A stretch of 63,957 nucleotides of DNA, counting the filler, from Porpidia crustulata (taxonomy: Eukaryota): the NCBI GenBank assembly GCA_964255105.1. It is 3 parts of 3 records of this genome, joined end to end, with 100 filler letters (N's around TTAATTAATTAA, not from the genome) between each part and the next. Parts side by side here need not be neighbours in the genome. Positions count along the whole stretch, not along the records: positions 1 to 23,067 come from CAXUWE010000079.1; positions 23,168 to 46,216 come from CAXUWE010000080.1; 1 more part is not named here. One strand, written 5' to 3'. Of this stretch, positions 11,275-23,511 are shown one piece after another. Each line of letters starts with the position of its first letter. Within the stretch, counting starts at the first letter, position 1. Position numbers and translations under genes: made by a program. The notes under the pieces were generated by a model. It was given only the letters and a program-made list of their open reading frames with translations, was not told where the DNA came from and did not search any database.

Positions 11275-14182
11275 GTTGCTGGTTGTATGGTAAGGATTTG
11301 CGATTAGTCTTTGATATCAGTGATGAGGATGGCTGAGAGAATGTAGAAGCTGCGGTTCTGATCGTGAGTGGTGGTTGTGGAGGCAAGATGAGGAGCAGAA
11401 GGGCAGCGGTCTTGGGTTTAAGTAATCTCGAATGCGTGAATTGATGTGTTGGAATCAGTGGATGAAACTTTTATTTGCTGAACTAGGTAAAGTAACAAGT
11501 TGTTTGTCTCCAAGTGTGACCTAGTGGGCGGTGAATAGTGGTTGACCGAGGATTGACAAGGCAACTGTCTCAATAGCTAAAAGCGGGAAAGTTCAGCTTA
11601 AGCGAGCACATGCGCGGGGCACTCCGGGCTTGCCTAGAGACTAAACTTAATCAGGCATTTTGTTGTTTAGAGAACGAAGGTATAGCACTGTCGAAGCATT
11701 CAGTCAAGTACCTCGGATTCTCAGCTCAACTGTGATGACTTCTAATTTACACATGCTCTTGATATGGAGATCTGAGCTGAGGTACGCTCTGATCCACCTA
11801 AGAAGACATTCGTATATCTCCTGTTTTCTAAGTGTTTCAAGCCATTTTACATGTGTAGAATTGTCTTTAAAGCTGAAGCTTTTGGATGTGTTGAATATTC
11901 CATACACAATATGCAGAGAATGAATAGACCAAGCTGGGAGGGTGCCGATTTACCAAGGTGCGGATCGCCGCCCTGGTGTTGTTTGTACCGATCATACCTG
12001 CTTCGGGACGAATCACAGCTCTCTCGAATTTCCGAGAAAGGAGACAGAGAAATCATATGAAGATCTTGTTGTCACCGAAAAGAGCAAACCGATGACTCTG
12101 TGGTACCGGAAGGAGCCGCAGCATTCGCAAGCAATCGTATATTTCACTCATCTTCAAGGAACTTATGCAGTCATCGGGAATTGATTAACGAGTGAAGAGT
12201 GCTATTAGCTCCCAGCTTACTTACTGAAAAGCGGCTTTGTTCAAGCTCTGCTCACTCATCTGTGCTTCGATATTTGAAGAACAATGAAGTGCTTTCATTT
12301 ATTCAAGTCAAAGATTACAATGTCATTCATCGACAAGCACAATTGGATTGTGAACCTTATTCTTCAGTCTCAAGGAATGAAGACAAAGGAAAATCCTTGT
12401 TTTGCATCATCCCGAGTCTGGTCGCTGATGGATCTCCAGCAGGATATATAATGTCGAAATGTCTGTCTACCAGATGGATCAATATCGTTCAGATTGACAT
12501 ACCGAACATTGTCCTGCAACTCGATAAGCTACAAAATAGGCTCGGCTCATCTCTTACGAAAAGTCCATTTCCCATTCACAGAGTAATCTCCAGTCCGCTC
12601 TCATCAGGCAAACAATCATCGACAATGTCGCAAAACCAAGGAGCAACTCGAGCTTCCGAAGAGCACACATCAACCCGAACCCCAGATACCCCATCCGACA
12701 TGTATTCCCCCGATCTTTCTGCCAATTAGAACGCCTTTGACGCCATGTTAAACCGCAAGACGTGTGCATGTCGTCGACCTGTCCGGTCTATGCGTCGCAT
12801 TGCATCGGTGTCTTCAAATACAACGGTCAAGATCGAAGTAGAGAAGGTGAAGAATTTGGCGATTCCAATCCACCACCCAAGGTTTGGGCTTGATATATGC
12901 GGATCAAAAGTAACATGGACTCGTACAGGGATCGTCTTGCAGTCGACCGCTTCATTGAGAACCATGGTTTCTCGGCCTTAGGTAAGGATCAACCCAAGGA
13001 GCATGGAGCTATTGTTAGCAGTGATATGTACAACCCTCGAGATCTGATGTTTGACTCTTTTGACAGCTAGTATTGTATGGCTTGGTAGCCACTTGGCGGC
13101 TTCGGACAATCAATATCTTAACATCATATTCATTCAAAAACATTTCTTATCCAAAGCATTTCTTTCAGCCCATATAACTATGTCATTGTACTTGATAACT
13201 TGCCTACTTATTCATGCTAGACGATAAGCCGTCGAAAGATTTCTTTAACAGCATTTTGAAAACACTCTCTGGGCAAGTGCTACATAGATACACTCCTGTC
13301 AAACGTGTATGCCTTGAAACAAAATTTTGGACCAGGGACCTCTTCTCCACCGTACGTTTCTTCTACGCTACTAATCCCAAATTAGCTTACGTCAATGAAA
13401 TCATCAGTGATACTGATTGTGAGCGCAAGAGACTGGAACACAAACTTTGACTTTAGTAGTAAACAAGGTCGACACGCTTTACCCATGATTTAAGGACTTA
13501 TATATTTATTGAAAGTGGTTACATCTCAAAGTTGTCGGTATATAGATAGATGACAGAAATGTGCTCTTAGAGATCGAGCCAGCCATGGTATATTCTCGTT
13601 TGAAATGCTGGGACTGGCCAGCACAAGCTTGTCCGTCACCGAAAAATGGTCTTCGGTGCTTGGTTTTTCGGTGCATGTCTCAGGCCCTTATGCTGCCTAC
13701 ATATGGCGTTTCACTTAACGCCCAGTCTAGTGGCAATATACCCGCGGACAGTGGCTAGTACGATGATAGTTGTACAGTTGTATATCCAACCAGAAGAGTA
13801 GCATGAGTCGTGGAAGATGTTGGTCTTTCTGTGAATTAACAGACCTGGAATATTTGGATACCAAATCTGCCAAGCAAGGATCTATAGAGTCTCTAAGCTA
13901 TTTGTTGAGTAGCACCAGCGTCTAATGCTCGCTTACAAGTGGGTGTACTCTGACAATCTGTGGATACTGTTTCAGGGTTGCAGTAAGTCACTTTGCGACT
14001 CCCCCTCCCATCGATTGGCCTTGTGGCACAGCGGTAAGACCTACCGTATGAAAAGACTGTCAGCTTGCACCGTGGCAGCAGTCATTTTTTCGATTACTTT
14101 CAATAGATTTTAGCTTCTTTCTCTCCGCTTTATTCAACAATGAGATGGGGGCTGATCTACAAATCGCTTGCTCGGAGAATAT

Positions 14183-15207
14183 ATGCCCTCTTATGCTATT
14201 TTCCCTGTCTTCCAGGCTTGGTCTCAAACTATAATTCGAATTGCTATCGGGACCGTGACTGGTGCAATTTCTTCTCATTTTCACTGCGATCCTATTCAAA
14301 AAAGCTCGGCTCTTGCTGCGAAATGGGGTTCAAGCTGCCCTCTCCGATGGACTTTTGTCAATTTCGAGGTAGGACTACCTTTGGAGAAGGAACTTGTTGC
14401 GACTCGACGTTTCCCACAAATAGTTGTTTGACACTGTGAACCGGGAGTAGGTAATTCCGATTTCCTGGTAACTCCCTTGGACTAATGATGTTTCGCACAA
14501 ATATGACAACGACACTTTGATACACAAATGTGGTGGACGAGGTGATGAAAACACCAATGTTTGGTGCTGTGCTGGCGTGCACGGCAAGCACTGGCCGGGG
14601 CGAAGAATGCTGTAATACAAATGCAATAACGACTTTGGGCTCTTACCCATATTCTACAAGGACAGTAATGGCTTCGACCATCGTGGCGGCGTCTTCCACC
14701 TTAGCTAATCAAACAGCCACCTCGTTGACATCCTCAACAAAGCTCAGGTACAGTTGTGATTCCCAGCACGACCTTGAAACGCAACAAGCTCAGGCACAAC
14801 CGTGGTGCCTAGCGCAACCCCCCACGCAAAATATCCCGGTCTGCCGGAATCCTCTCATGACCACAATTTGGCGCTGGGGGCAGGAGTCGGCGTATCACCG
14901 GGCGCACTTGCCATGACCGTTGTAGCCATACTCTTCTGCCGTGACCAGCGAACAGGAAAGCGATTACTTGATTCGCACAGCAAAGTGCTAGACCCCAACG
15001 GTAATAACTGCCAAGTTGGAAGTCCCAGCACTGGGCGAACGCTTACGGCCACATTATCACGAGTTACCCAATGGTCTTGACCGCGGCGAGTTCTCGACTG
15101 CGAAAGAAGGCCATGAGTTGCATGAAAGACACAACGCGATGAAATATTCGGTAGATCGCGGTATGAATTGCAATGGACCATGTGAGGAGAAAAACACAAA
15201 GCGTTGA
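14183..15207 (+). pseudogene. Degraded Cys-rich single-pass membrane protein (Cys-rich ectodomain, Ser/Thr stalk, TM helix, cytosolic tail)
   Basis: Fragments in shifting frames: NCYR, SCCEMG, LSDGL, GTCCDSTFPTNSCLTL, EECCN, an S/T-rich stalk, TM-like LALGAGVGVSPGALAMTVVAILF, and a PHYHELP/HELH tail. Multiple frameshifts. Confidence 0.5.
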
Positions 15208-15992
15208 TGATCGAATGCAATACATGCCACCGAAGCCGCTATACTACATAACCAGTGTATTGCATCCATGGTGATTCTCATCCTTTACCCTGTGTGCGAT
15301 GCTAATTCCCTCAAGAGGTGTCGTTTTCTTCTACAGCAATGGGTTTCATGCAGACTGTTATACACGGTGCAACCCTTTTTAAGATTCGCGGTGTAGTTGA
15401 CTTGCAGGGTAACAATGAGATGGCAAGGAAGTAGAGCGTTGAGTCGGTGTTTTGTTCAAGGGCCCCTGAACAGCCTTCTAAAGTGCGGATGTAAATATCG
15501 GTTGGCGGACAGGGCAAATCCGAGGCTTACGTCGTCATGTTGGCCTTGTACTACAAAAGGCAATCGGTAAAGTGTTCCGTCTGTTCACCGATTGCCGAGG
15601 GTCGTGATCACTTAGAAGAATTTCATAGCATGAGGGAGAATACTGCGGCAACCGTATACTCACTGTGCCCCGCGGCAGATGTGCGACCAAGGAGAGGGAA
15701 AGAAGTAATTGCATGGCTAGGCAAAAACACAGGTGTGAAAGCGAGAGGAGATGCAGAAACAGGAATAATGATAAAGACACATCGTAGGAGAAAAGGGTAG
15801 AAGTCATTACCGAGCTCGGAACAACGAGTTTTATGGCCGCAACAGCAATCAAGCGGACTTCAGCTGCCGGTTAAATATCTACTTACATTTTCCTATTTCT
15901 GGATTGATGACTTCCGGAAATGACATTGCCCAGGCTCGCACAGAATCTGTCCAGACCCGTCATACGTAGACCCGCCCGAAGGGTAACACTCA

Positions 15993-17782
15993 TCATGACG
16001 CCTTAGTAGCTGGAGCAAACAGCTTGAATCCTCCCGGAATCCCAGTCTGGAAGAATCCAGTCGGATCGTACTTCCTGCTCACGGCCTGCAACTCCGCCTT
16101 ACTCTTCGTGCCATAGCCGCCAGTCGGATCTTGGAAGTTCGCGGCATAGTTCAGATACTTGAAGCTTTTGAAAAGACCGGCGGCTTTGGTAGCTTGGTCT
16201 ATGTCGTCGATCAGCTTCTGCGTGACCCTGCTGATCAGAGAGTCGTCTTGTGGATTAGTCCAGGTGACGGAGAGGAGGCACAGGACTAAGATGTTGTCTG
16301 AGGGGTCTAGGCCGAGTGAATTGCCCGGGTAGATTGCTGGTAGGCGTTGGAAAATGAGAAAATGTGCTACTCCTTCTACGTTTTTGATCGAGTCTATGGT
16401 TTGGCTCCACAGTTGGTGCACCTGTTGGATGATTCCTGCTGTGGGGCGGAAGGCAGTGTTCACGTATGTTCCCCTTGTCTCATACATTAGCATCCAAATT
16501 CCAATCAAACAAGCGAGAACAGGAAGAATCCACATACCGAGTATTTCTGGCCTGATTCGCTTCAACTTCGTTGATAAAGTCCAGGTTGTTGGAGATCCTC
16601 ATTGTGCTGCGCAGCTGCGGCTGGATCTCTGTAAAAGGCCGGAATACGGGAGGGTCCGTAATGGACTTCGTATAGTAAAGTCCATTCGAGACAATAACGC
16701 TCTTATAGGCATCCACATAACCTATGGCGCAGATGATCTCTGCGTAGGGATCATTATTCTCCGCTTGCATAAAGCCCTCAAATGCAGCGAGCTGTTGAGA
16801 CACAGTGGTGCCGGGGTACGCGATGAAGCCACCCAAGAAGTTTCCTTGAGGGTATGTTTGCAGATCAAAACGAGTCACGATGCCAAAATTATTAGACCCG
16901 CCTTTGAGCGCTCGAAACAAGTCAGGAAGTTCGGCGTTGTTAGCGCTGACCAGAGAGCCGTCAGCAAGGACAACTTGCATGCTGAGGACGTTGTCGCAGG
17001 CAAATCCTCTCTGCGGCGAAAAGAAGGAGATGCCACCTAAATACTTTTCCAGCCCAGAATCAAGGACTTCTGGAAAGCATGGACCCACCTCCGGTCACTA
17101 ACCCCCCGACGCCGAGACTAAACCCACGGCCACCCACAGGTACAACGCCCGTGCCCTGAAGTACCGTGTAGACCTGGCCCCAGGACGCCCCGCCACCTAC
17201 TGATACGATAGCACCCGTATTCGCAGTATTGTTGTCTATCATCCTAGTGTTAGCGAATCCCATTCAAAGGGTGTCACTTGACGCATTCTTGGAGCGTTTT
17301 GACGAGAGGAGGCAAGGACTACCAGAAGAATCAAGGGAAGAGCTGTTTGGGGAACCCGGCTGAAGGATATCAAATTCCCGGCCAGTATTCAACGTGACCG
17401 TGTTCATGCCGCTCAAGTCGATGGTGACGGCATTCTCGATGTTAGCTGCGCCGGCGAATGGCGTATGCCCTCCTCCTCGGACTGCTGCTTTCGCTCCCGT
17501 TTGGGCCAGATTCTTGACGATGAGACAGACATCTTGGGCGCTTGTCGGGCGTACTATGCATTTGGGGGACAGACGTGCTTGTTGGAAGAAGTAAGATTTG
17601 TCCGAGGTGATGTATGCAGCATCGCTTGGGTATGAGACTTTGCCTGGAAGAAGATGTAACAACGCTGAACAAGGATCCGAATTAAGGTTATCCAAGCTTG
17701 CCGCCATGACAAGAGAATGCGTAGCTGTGAGAATAGTGAGCAGCAATTGAGCGGTGGAACGGAGAGGATGCAAGTGAAGCAT
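15993..17782 (-). CDS. Secreted FAD-linked oxidoreductase (FAD_binding_4/BBE-like), about 4 exons
   Basis: Hydrophobic N-terminus, [51 protein letters not shown]-terminal YLNYA...[18 protein letters not shown]. Introns near 17245-17320 (donor uncertain), 17038-17090 and 16475-16537. Confidence 0.9.
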
Positions 17783-18383
17783 TCGTGAAGCCTGGGTTGT
17801 CACAAAACAACATGTCGGACTTGAACGTAGGTGCCATATGCCGGCTTTATCAAGCTAAAGATACCAACGGATGTAGGCTTTCGGTTACGTATCTGTTTGG
17901 ATGCTTGGTCATGCGGCTACGCGACACCCACCCGCTTTACCTAGCCATGGAGGGGCATGCGGCCTGCAGGTACTAGGGCTTACTCGCGATGCTTCCTAGG
18001 TACTCTGCCTTAATACCGCACTGCCAGCTAACCCGTCCAGTTGGTTGTGCTCTACTTCCAACATCAGGTCCTCAACGGACGACGTCTTGTGCGGGAGAAG
18101 GAAAGAAAAACCATCCAATCGTCTGTCACTATGGAAGCCAAGGTAGTCAAGGCTTTCTAGCGCCGTTACTTCCAGAACCGGAACGGGGCACTTAACGCGG
18201 AACCAAGCAGCCAAAATCCAAATTAACGATGCACAGACCGCAGTCTGAGAAAAGCAAAGGATTCGACAACACGTGCAAGGAATATGGCCACGAAATTGTC
18301 TGCGGAAGCGGGTCTAAAAGCGGGACCCTTTCTTCCAGCTCTCTCGTTCTGGCGCTCGGTAACCCGATGTGTATCTTATGCTC

Positions 18384-20351
18384 CTAAACGGCTACTTTGT
18401 TGTGCGGATGCCGCCTCCTAAATGACATCCTCGATGACTCATACGGTACTTGGAAAGTTTCCCAAAACCATCTGTATGACTCGGGCTTGTCCTTCAAGGC
18501 GGAATTTGAAGTTTTTAATGAGATGTATAAGCGTCATTTCGAGGACGAGGGCGCTGTGCCACCTACCAGGACTACGGAGTCTCACGTCAGCATGGGACCA
18601 TTGGTTTGACGAGATTGCTGATCACATACCAGGCCTTCGACCCTAAACCCCATACTGGGAAGTCTATTGTGGCATCGGTAAATAAAGTGCCACGCACAGC
18701 ATTTTCTGGAGACCCGGAAACCGTATGTGTGGAAGTCTCGAGAAAGCGAATACCGTCGAAGGTCCCTGGATTGGGATATTGCGCGCTGTCGTGCATGAGA
18801 TCTCAACCTGAGACACAAGCGATTTCCCCGACAGCGACATGAGGTCCACCGTAGGAAAAGTTGTAAGGCTGCAGCGCCTTGCGACGAATTGACACATTCG
18901 GTTTCGTCAGTAACAATCGTGTTGCATGCTTTTAAGGACCCTTCACTCTTGTTCAACGGGTTCAGTCTGACTGATTCCTTGATAAAGCTGTCGAGTGTTG
19001 ATAGGCGGTTGATACTTTTATAGCTTAGGTCCTTCATGTTCAATATTTCGTCGTGTGTCATCTCTACGTATTCCGGACGAGCACATGGCTCTACTCAGAT
19101 AAAATACAGATTCTTTGACATCTTTAGCTACCAGTAAGGCCTTAGGGGGAGGGGAACGTACTATCCATGGCTGGTGCGAAGCGGCGAACCACAACCCAAT
19201 GACCGCTTGGATGAGAAGATTTTCATTCCAGTACCGAGATTCTTGAGATGCTTCGAGCAAGTTGTGGAAGAGGGTCAACTAAAATACCTGGATCAGCACG
19301 TCCAGAGTGGGTTATCAGCTTCGGTTGAGATTACCGGTTTCTTTTCTTCACTTTCGCCCCAACCATCTAGTGTCTTGTCTGCAGCGAGACCAAGACGAGC
19401 GAAAAGAACCTTTAAAGCGTGGCCTCTGTTAGTAAGGAAATTATGCATCAACCTTATCCGCGTTAGCGTTTAGCCAGACGCGTTCCTATGAATTGTAGAT
19501 TACCGTTTCGCAAAGCTCGGCACGATCTGCAACGCCTTGAAGCACGCCATGATATCTGCGTAATGGCGATTCATGGCCGCTGAGAATCTCTGGTTCATTC
19601 GCTGAGTTCTGTTAGTTGTAATCTGGCATTTCGCAGAGATTCTGCATACATAACTTCTCGCCGAAGAAATAGATACCCAACATCCCCGTGGCGAAGTCCC
19701 GCATTATCGGACTGATGTTGATGGAATTCCAGTCTAGAAGGGTAGTCAGTCCAGTCTCTCAGTTGTCGAAAGTAGCTGATACCATCTGTGTTGATTAATG
19801 GATTGACTTTTTCATCGAAGACTTTCTCCACTCTCGTTTGAAGATATGGGAAGAGCAAATTAACTTGTGACAGTCCATTAATACGTATGGCACGAGCGAA
19901 CAATCGACAACGCAAATTACTCTGCTCGTTAGGATCTAGCTCGGCTTCCTTGTGAGAAAGATCATACTGGAAATCGAACATCTGGGACATTTGAGCAAAG
20001 CCACGACACCGAGACTGGTGGAACATACGTCTAAGTAGACAGCGCGCTGAGATAGCTTTGGATTATCGCTAAGCTCTTGGAAAGTTTCGGGATCCCGAAT
20101 TATAATAGGATGCTTCCTTCCGAATGGGCTATACCATACGCCATTCCGCTGAGATCTATTGGGTACTAGCAGAAGACGTGAAAAGCCAGCAAGAACACCC
20201 GACACACTCTCGGCTGAGGAAGCCTTACGAAGTCTTTTATAATCTTGACCACGTCCAGGACACTAGAGGAACCCTCCCTAATAAGGAGGAGTAACTCACT
20301 GACGGCAGCACCGATAACAAGCAACGCAGTCGCCAACTTAGGTTCTCCCAT
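18384..20351 (-). CDS. Cytochrome P450 monooxygenase, multi-exon, apparent frameshift near the C-terminus
   Basis: N-terminal anchor, I-helix GLWFAASHQPW, ExxR motif LDSFIKESVRLNP, YPNPGTFDGIRF, heme motif WGLGSKAC|PGRW split by intron 18572-18629. The spliced frame stops at 18439; the adjacent frame reads RWFWETFQVPYESSRMSFRRR to 18384. Confidence 0.88.
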
Positions 20352-22012
20352 GATAGACTCGCAGAGAACGGTTGGTCTACTAGAAGATACGACATGATTG
20401 AATGTAAATCAACAACCGGGGCGGAAAGAATAGAGCATGTCAGTAGAATTTGACGAGGAGAGGCGCTGAGGACATTTGAACCAGGCCTTTATCTCTGCAT
20501 GGCTTCTGAAGGATTTGATCTCTATCTACTCCGCTCTGATCGTCTACGCCGCATTTACTTTTCTCCATTGGCATCTGAATCACTTGAAAAATGGCCACCA
20601 AGCGTGGTAGGGGTAAGCAGCATAGCGGCGGGTGGGGAGCGACGGCTGCCTGAAAGCTTTCGTTATCGCCTCCTCCGCGGAGCAGGCGAGGGAAAACGGT
20701 GATGGATAAGCTCTCCAAGTGAAAAGCCGACGGCGTTGCGTGATGTCTTGCATCAGAGTTTATCCATGTACGTGATGGGTGCTCAGGGACCACCAGATAG
20801 AAACTCTACCTCCTTACCTTTGCTAGCTCTGAATGGACGCCTCTGCCGCCAGCGTGCGTAGAGCTAAACAATCACTGGGTAGGGAAGGGTGCGAAACATT
20901 CACAATTATACTCGGGCTGATTTGTAATCTTCGGACACAGATGCGAAAATACCGGCCTGGGGTCGATCTTTTGTGTCCGGACATTAAAAAGCAGGCTGAG
21001 TACCTTAGGTGACACATGAGTGCAGGTAGCTGTTGTCCGTATCAGGTACGTGCATGGACGATGGTGTGAAGAGAATGGGTTCTGCACGTGATGTACCCAT
21101 GACCGTCGTATCTACCGTACTCACCGACTTTATCATCTCTGCCGATGACCAAGCCCCAGCCCGATCGCGCCGGCATCTTCTGTCACTTCCGTGAATCCGC
21201 TTTGTGGCGTGACCAGTTCTGGCCTGATGAGGGGTGATATGGTGGTACGGAAATCCGAAAATGGATTTGGGTCGCATCGCGAACGAACAGTCTGTAGGTT
21301 GGCTGGTGGTGTCTATAACATCTCGACATCTGTGTGGTTGGATTAAGGTTACACAACATATGATACGTGCCGCCTGAGGAGTTTTAGATGACTAATCAAA
21401 AAGCGGAAAGTTGGTAGCGTGGTAGCAAAGCTCCTAGTCTCGCTGATACTGCACAAGCGAGACAGCCACAACAGCCTCATTTCAAACTTGGAAATGCACA
21501 TCGATGTGATTGATGATCTAGACGCTTTCCAGCGGCACTCCTTCACTAAAGTGCACTCCAGTGGCAGTAAAGCTACATGTGTTATGTTGAAGTACACTGC
21601 GTACATGGCATCTTTGCCGTTGTCCTCGTGGCATTGCAGTCGCAAGGGCGACCTCGCACAGGAGACACGCTCACCACCTTTGTCGCATAACGATCTTCTT
21701 TGACAGTCGCCACTGCATCATCTTGCCAAGGCTGATGGCTCGGGCCCAGCTTTGTCGGGACCTTGAGTGGACCTGATGTGGAGGGGACCCTCCGAATCAA
21801 ACCCCCCCGAGGCGTCAAGGAACAAGAGCGCATGTTCAAAGTGAACGAATCGCGCATACCCTTCGATATGCTCCACGATGGTGGAAGACTCGTCATCAAA
21901 GCTGCCGCCGGACTACCGACGGACTCCTGGTCTCCAACCGCACCCCGCCAAAGCCGCGTGTCTCTGCACACCTTCATCGAGCTATCGCTTCTTCCCACGC
22001 CTTGGCAGTTCC

Positions 22013-22970
22013 ATGGCCCTGAAAACGGTCTTCATCAACGGGCTGCAGCGCCGGCGGCATTGGCTCCGCGCTGGTCGAGTCCTTTCAAAAGCGAAGCTTC
22101 CATGTCTTCGCCACGAGCCGCGACGGACTAAAAATGTCACGTCTGGAAAGGCTGTCCGACGTCACGCTTCTCGGCCTTGATCCGACGTCTGCATCCAGCG
22201 TTCGAGAGGTTTTTGAGACCGTGAGTGTCTATCAGAACAGGCGGGACGTTGGGCTATCTAATCAACAGTACCGGTCAAGCGATGACAGCACCATCTCTCG
22301 ATGTTGACATTGATGCCGCAAAATCAATGTATGATATCAATGTCTGGGGCGCACTCCGCGTGACCCAGATCTTTTCGCCGCTCTTAATAAAGGCCAAGGG
22401 TTCTGTGATCAAACATTAGCTCCATCGGCATCTTCGTCAACACGCCGTGGATGGGTATGAGAGCTGTACCGAAACGTTGAAGCTCGAGAACCGATACATC
22501 TGCACCAGGCGTCCATACTGGTTCGAAAGCCGCGCTGACATCGATGTCGGAGACCCTGAGATTGGAACTCGCACCTTTCGACGTCAAGGCCGTGACCGTC
22601 ATAAGTGAAGCCATCGTCACCAACGTCCTAGCCGAACGGCGCCAGTTTCAAGCTGCCACCGACTTCGCGATACCTGAGCATTCAAGCGCACATTGCTGCA
22701 CGGGCAAAAGGCGATGATGGAGTCCTGCGGATGAAGCCGTCGATACATGCGGAGAAGGTCGTCGGAGATATTTTAGGCGGAGCCAATTGGCGGATCTGGA
22801 GGGGGTCGTATGCATCGATAGTACGAATCAACGTCTTCGCTCTTTCCCGCTTACCTATCGGTCAGTAACACTGTCGGCGATGCTGAGATTATTCTTCATC
22901 TGATCTTGATCCTAGGTAGCCATGGCGATAAAACGAATAGGTTCTTGATGTTATGCCGAAGCCAGAATAG
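22013..22970 (+). pseudogene. Short-chain dehydrogenase/reductase (Ayr1-like) pseudogene
   Basis: Reconstructed MALKTVFI(T)GCSAGGIGSAL, VFATSR, GGTLGYLINS, MYDINVWG, NISSIG, SKAALTSMSETLRLELAPFDVK. At least four frameshifts; the catalytic YxxxK reads HTGSK. Confidence 0.88.
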
Positions 22971-23067
22971 ATGGAAGCCTGGAAGCGTGTGCTGATCATT
23001 CTTATCATTCCTTAAGTACTAAATCGGATTATTTGACACCTCTTCACATAAATTGTGATACTATGAC

Positions 23068-23167
23068 NNNNNNNNNNNNNNNNNNNNNNNNNNNNNNNNN
23101 NNNNNNNNNNNTTAATTAATTAANNNNNNNNNNNNNNNNNNNNNNNNNNNNNNNNNNNNNNNNNNNN
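23068..23167. other. Artificial contig-joining spacer
   Basis: 44 N + TTAATTAATTAA (23112-23123, stop codons in all six frames) + 44 N. Confidence 0.97.
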
Positions 23168-23221
23168 GGTGGGGCGCTGTCTCGTTTGAGGGTGTGTCTC
23201 GTTTGAGGGTAGACTACGTTA
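23168..23221. mobile_element. Terminal inverted repeat end of a Fot1/pogo-like (Tc1/mariner) transposon
   Basis: Reverse complement reads TA|ACGTAGTCT-ACCCTCAAACGAGAC-AC-ACCCTCAAACGAGAC: ACGT terminus, TA target dinucleotide and a duplicated 15-nt internal repeat, at a contig edge. Confidence 0.7.
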
Positions 23222-23511
23222 AACCAGCTAGCATCTAATAGTATGGACTTTTTGTCATTGGTTCATTTGCTTTGATTTTTGAGTTAGCCGAACTCTATCA
23301 TCAAGGTGCCAGTATAATACTAGAGCGAATAGATTCGGCAGCCGGAACAGCTACTCCAGCTCATACTCCCACATATAATGAAGGAGAATCTTGAAGCTTG
23401 GCTTCTCCAGCATCTACTCAGGACCGAGGTTTTTGCCAAAAAGGAATCGAACTTTGGCGGTATGGATTTAGTAGAACGTGGTAGCTACGTATCTAGAAAT
23501 ATTTGATGACA

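Noticed and set aside
12199..12981. ORF pair possibly from a transposase N-terminus
   Set aside because: No zinc finger, catalytic motif or TIR found to support it.
16354..17040. 228-aa plus-strand ORF
   Set aside because: Antisense shadow of the FAD oxidoreductase exons.
20440..22000. Cluster-specific transcription factor between the P450 and the SDR
   Set aside because: No Zn2Cys6 or other DNA-binding motif found; treated as a divergent intergenic region.
23112..23123. Perfect palindrome TTAATTAATTAA as a biological site (also 46261-46272)
   Set aside because: Centred in N runs in two identical spacers; an assembly linker.
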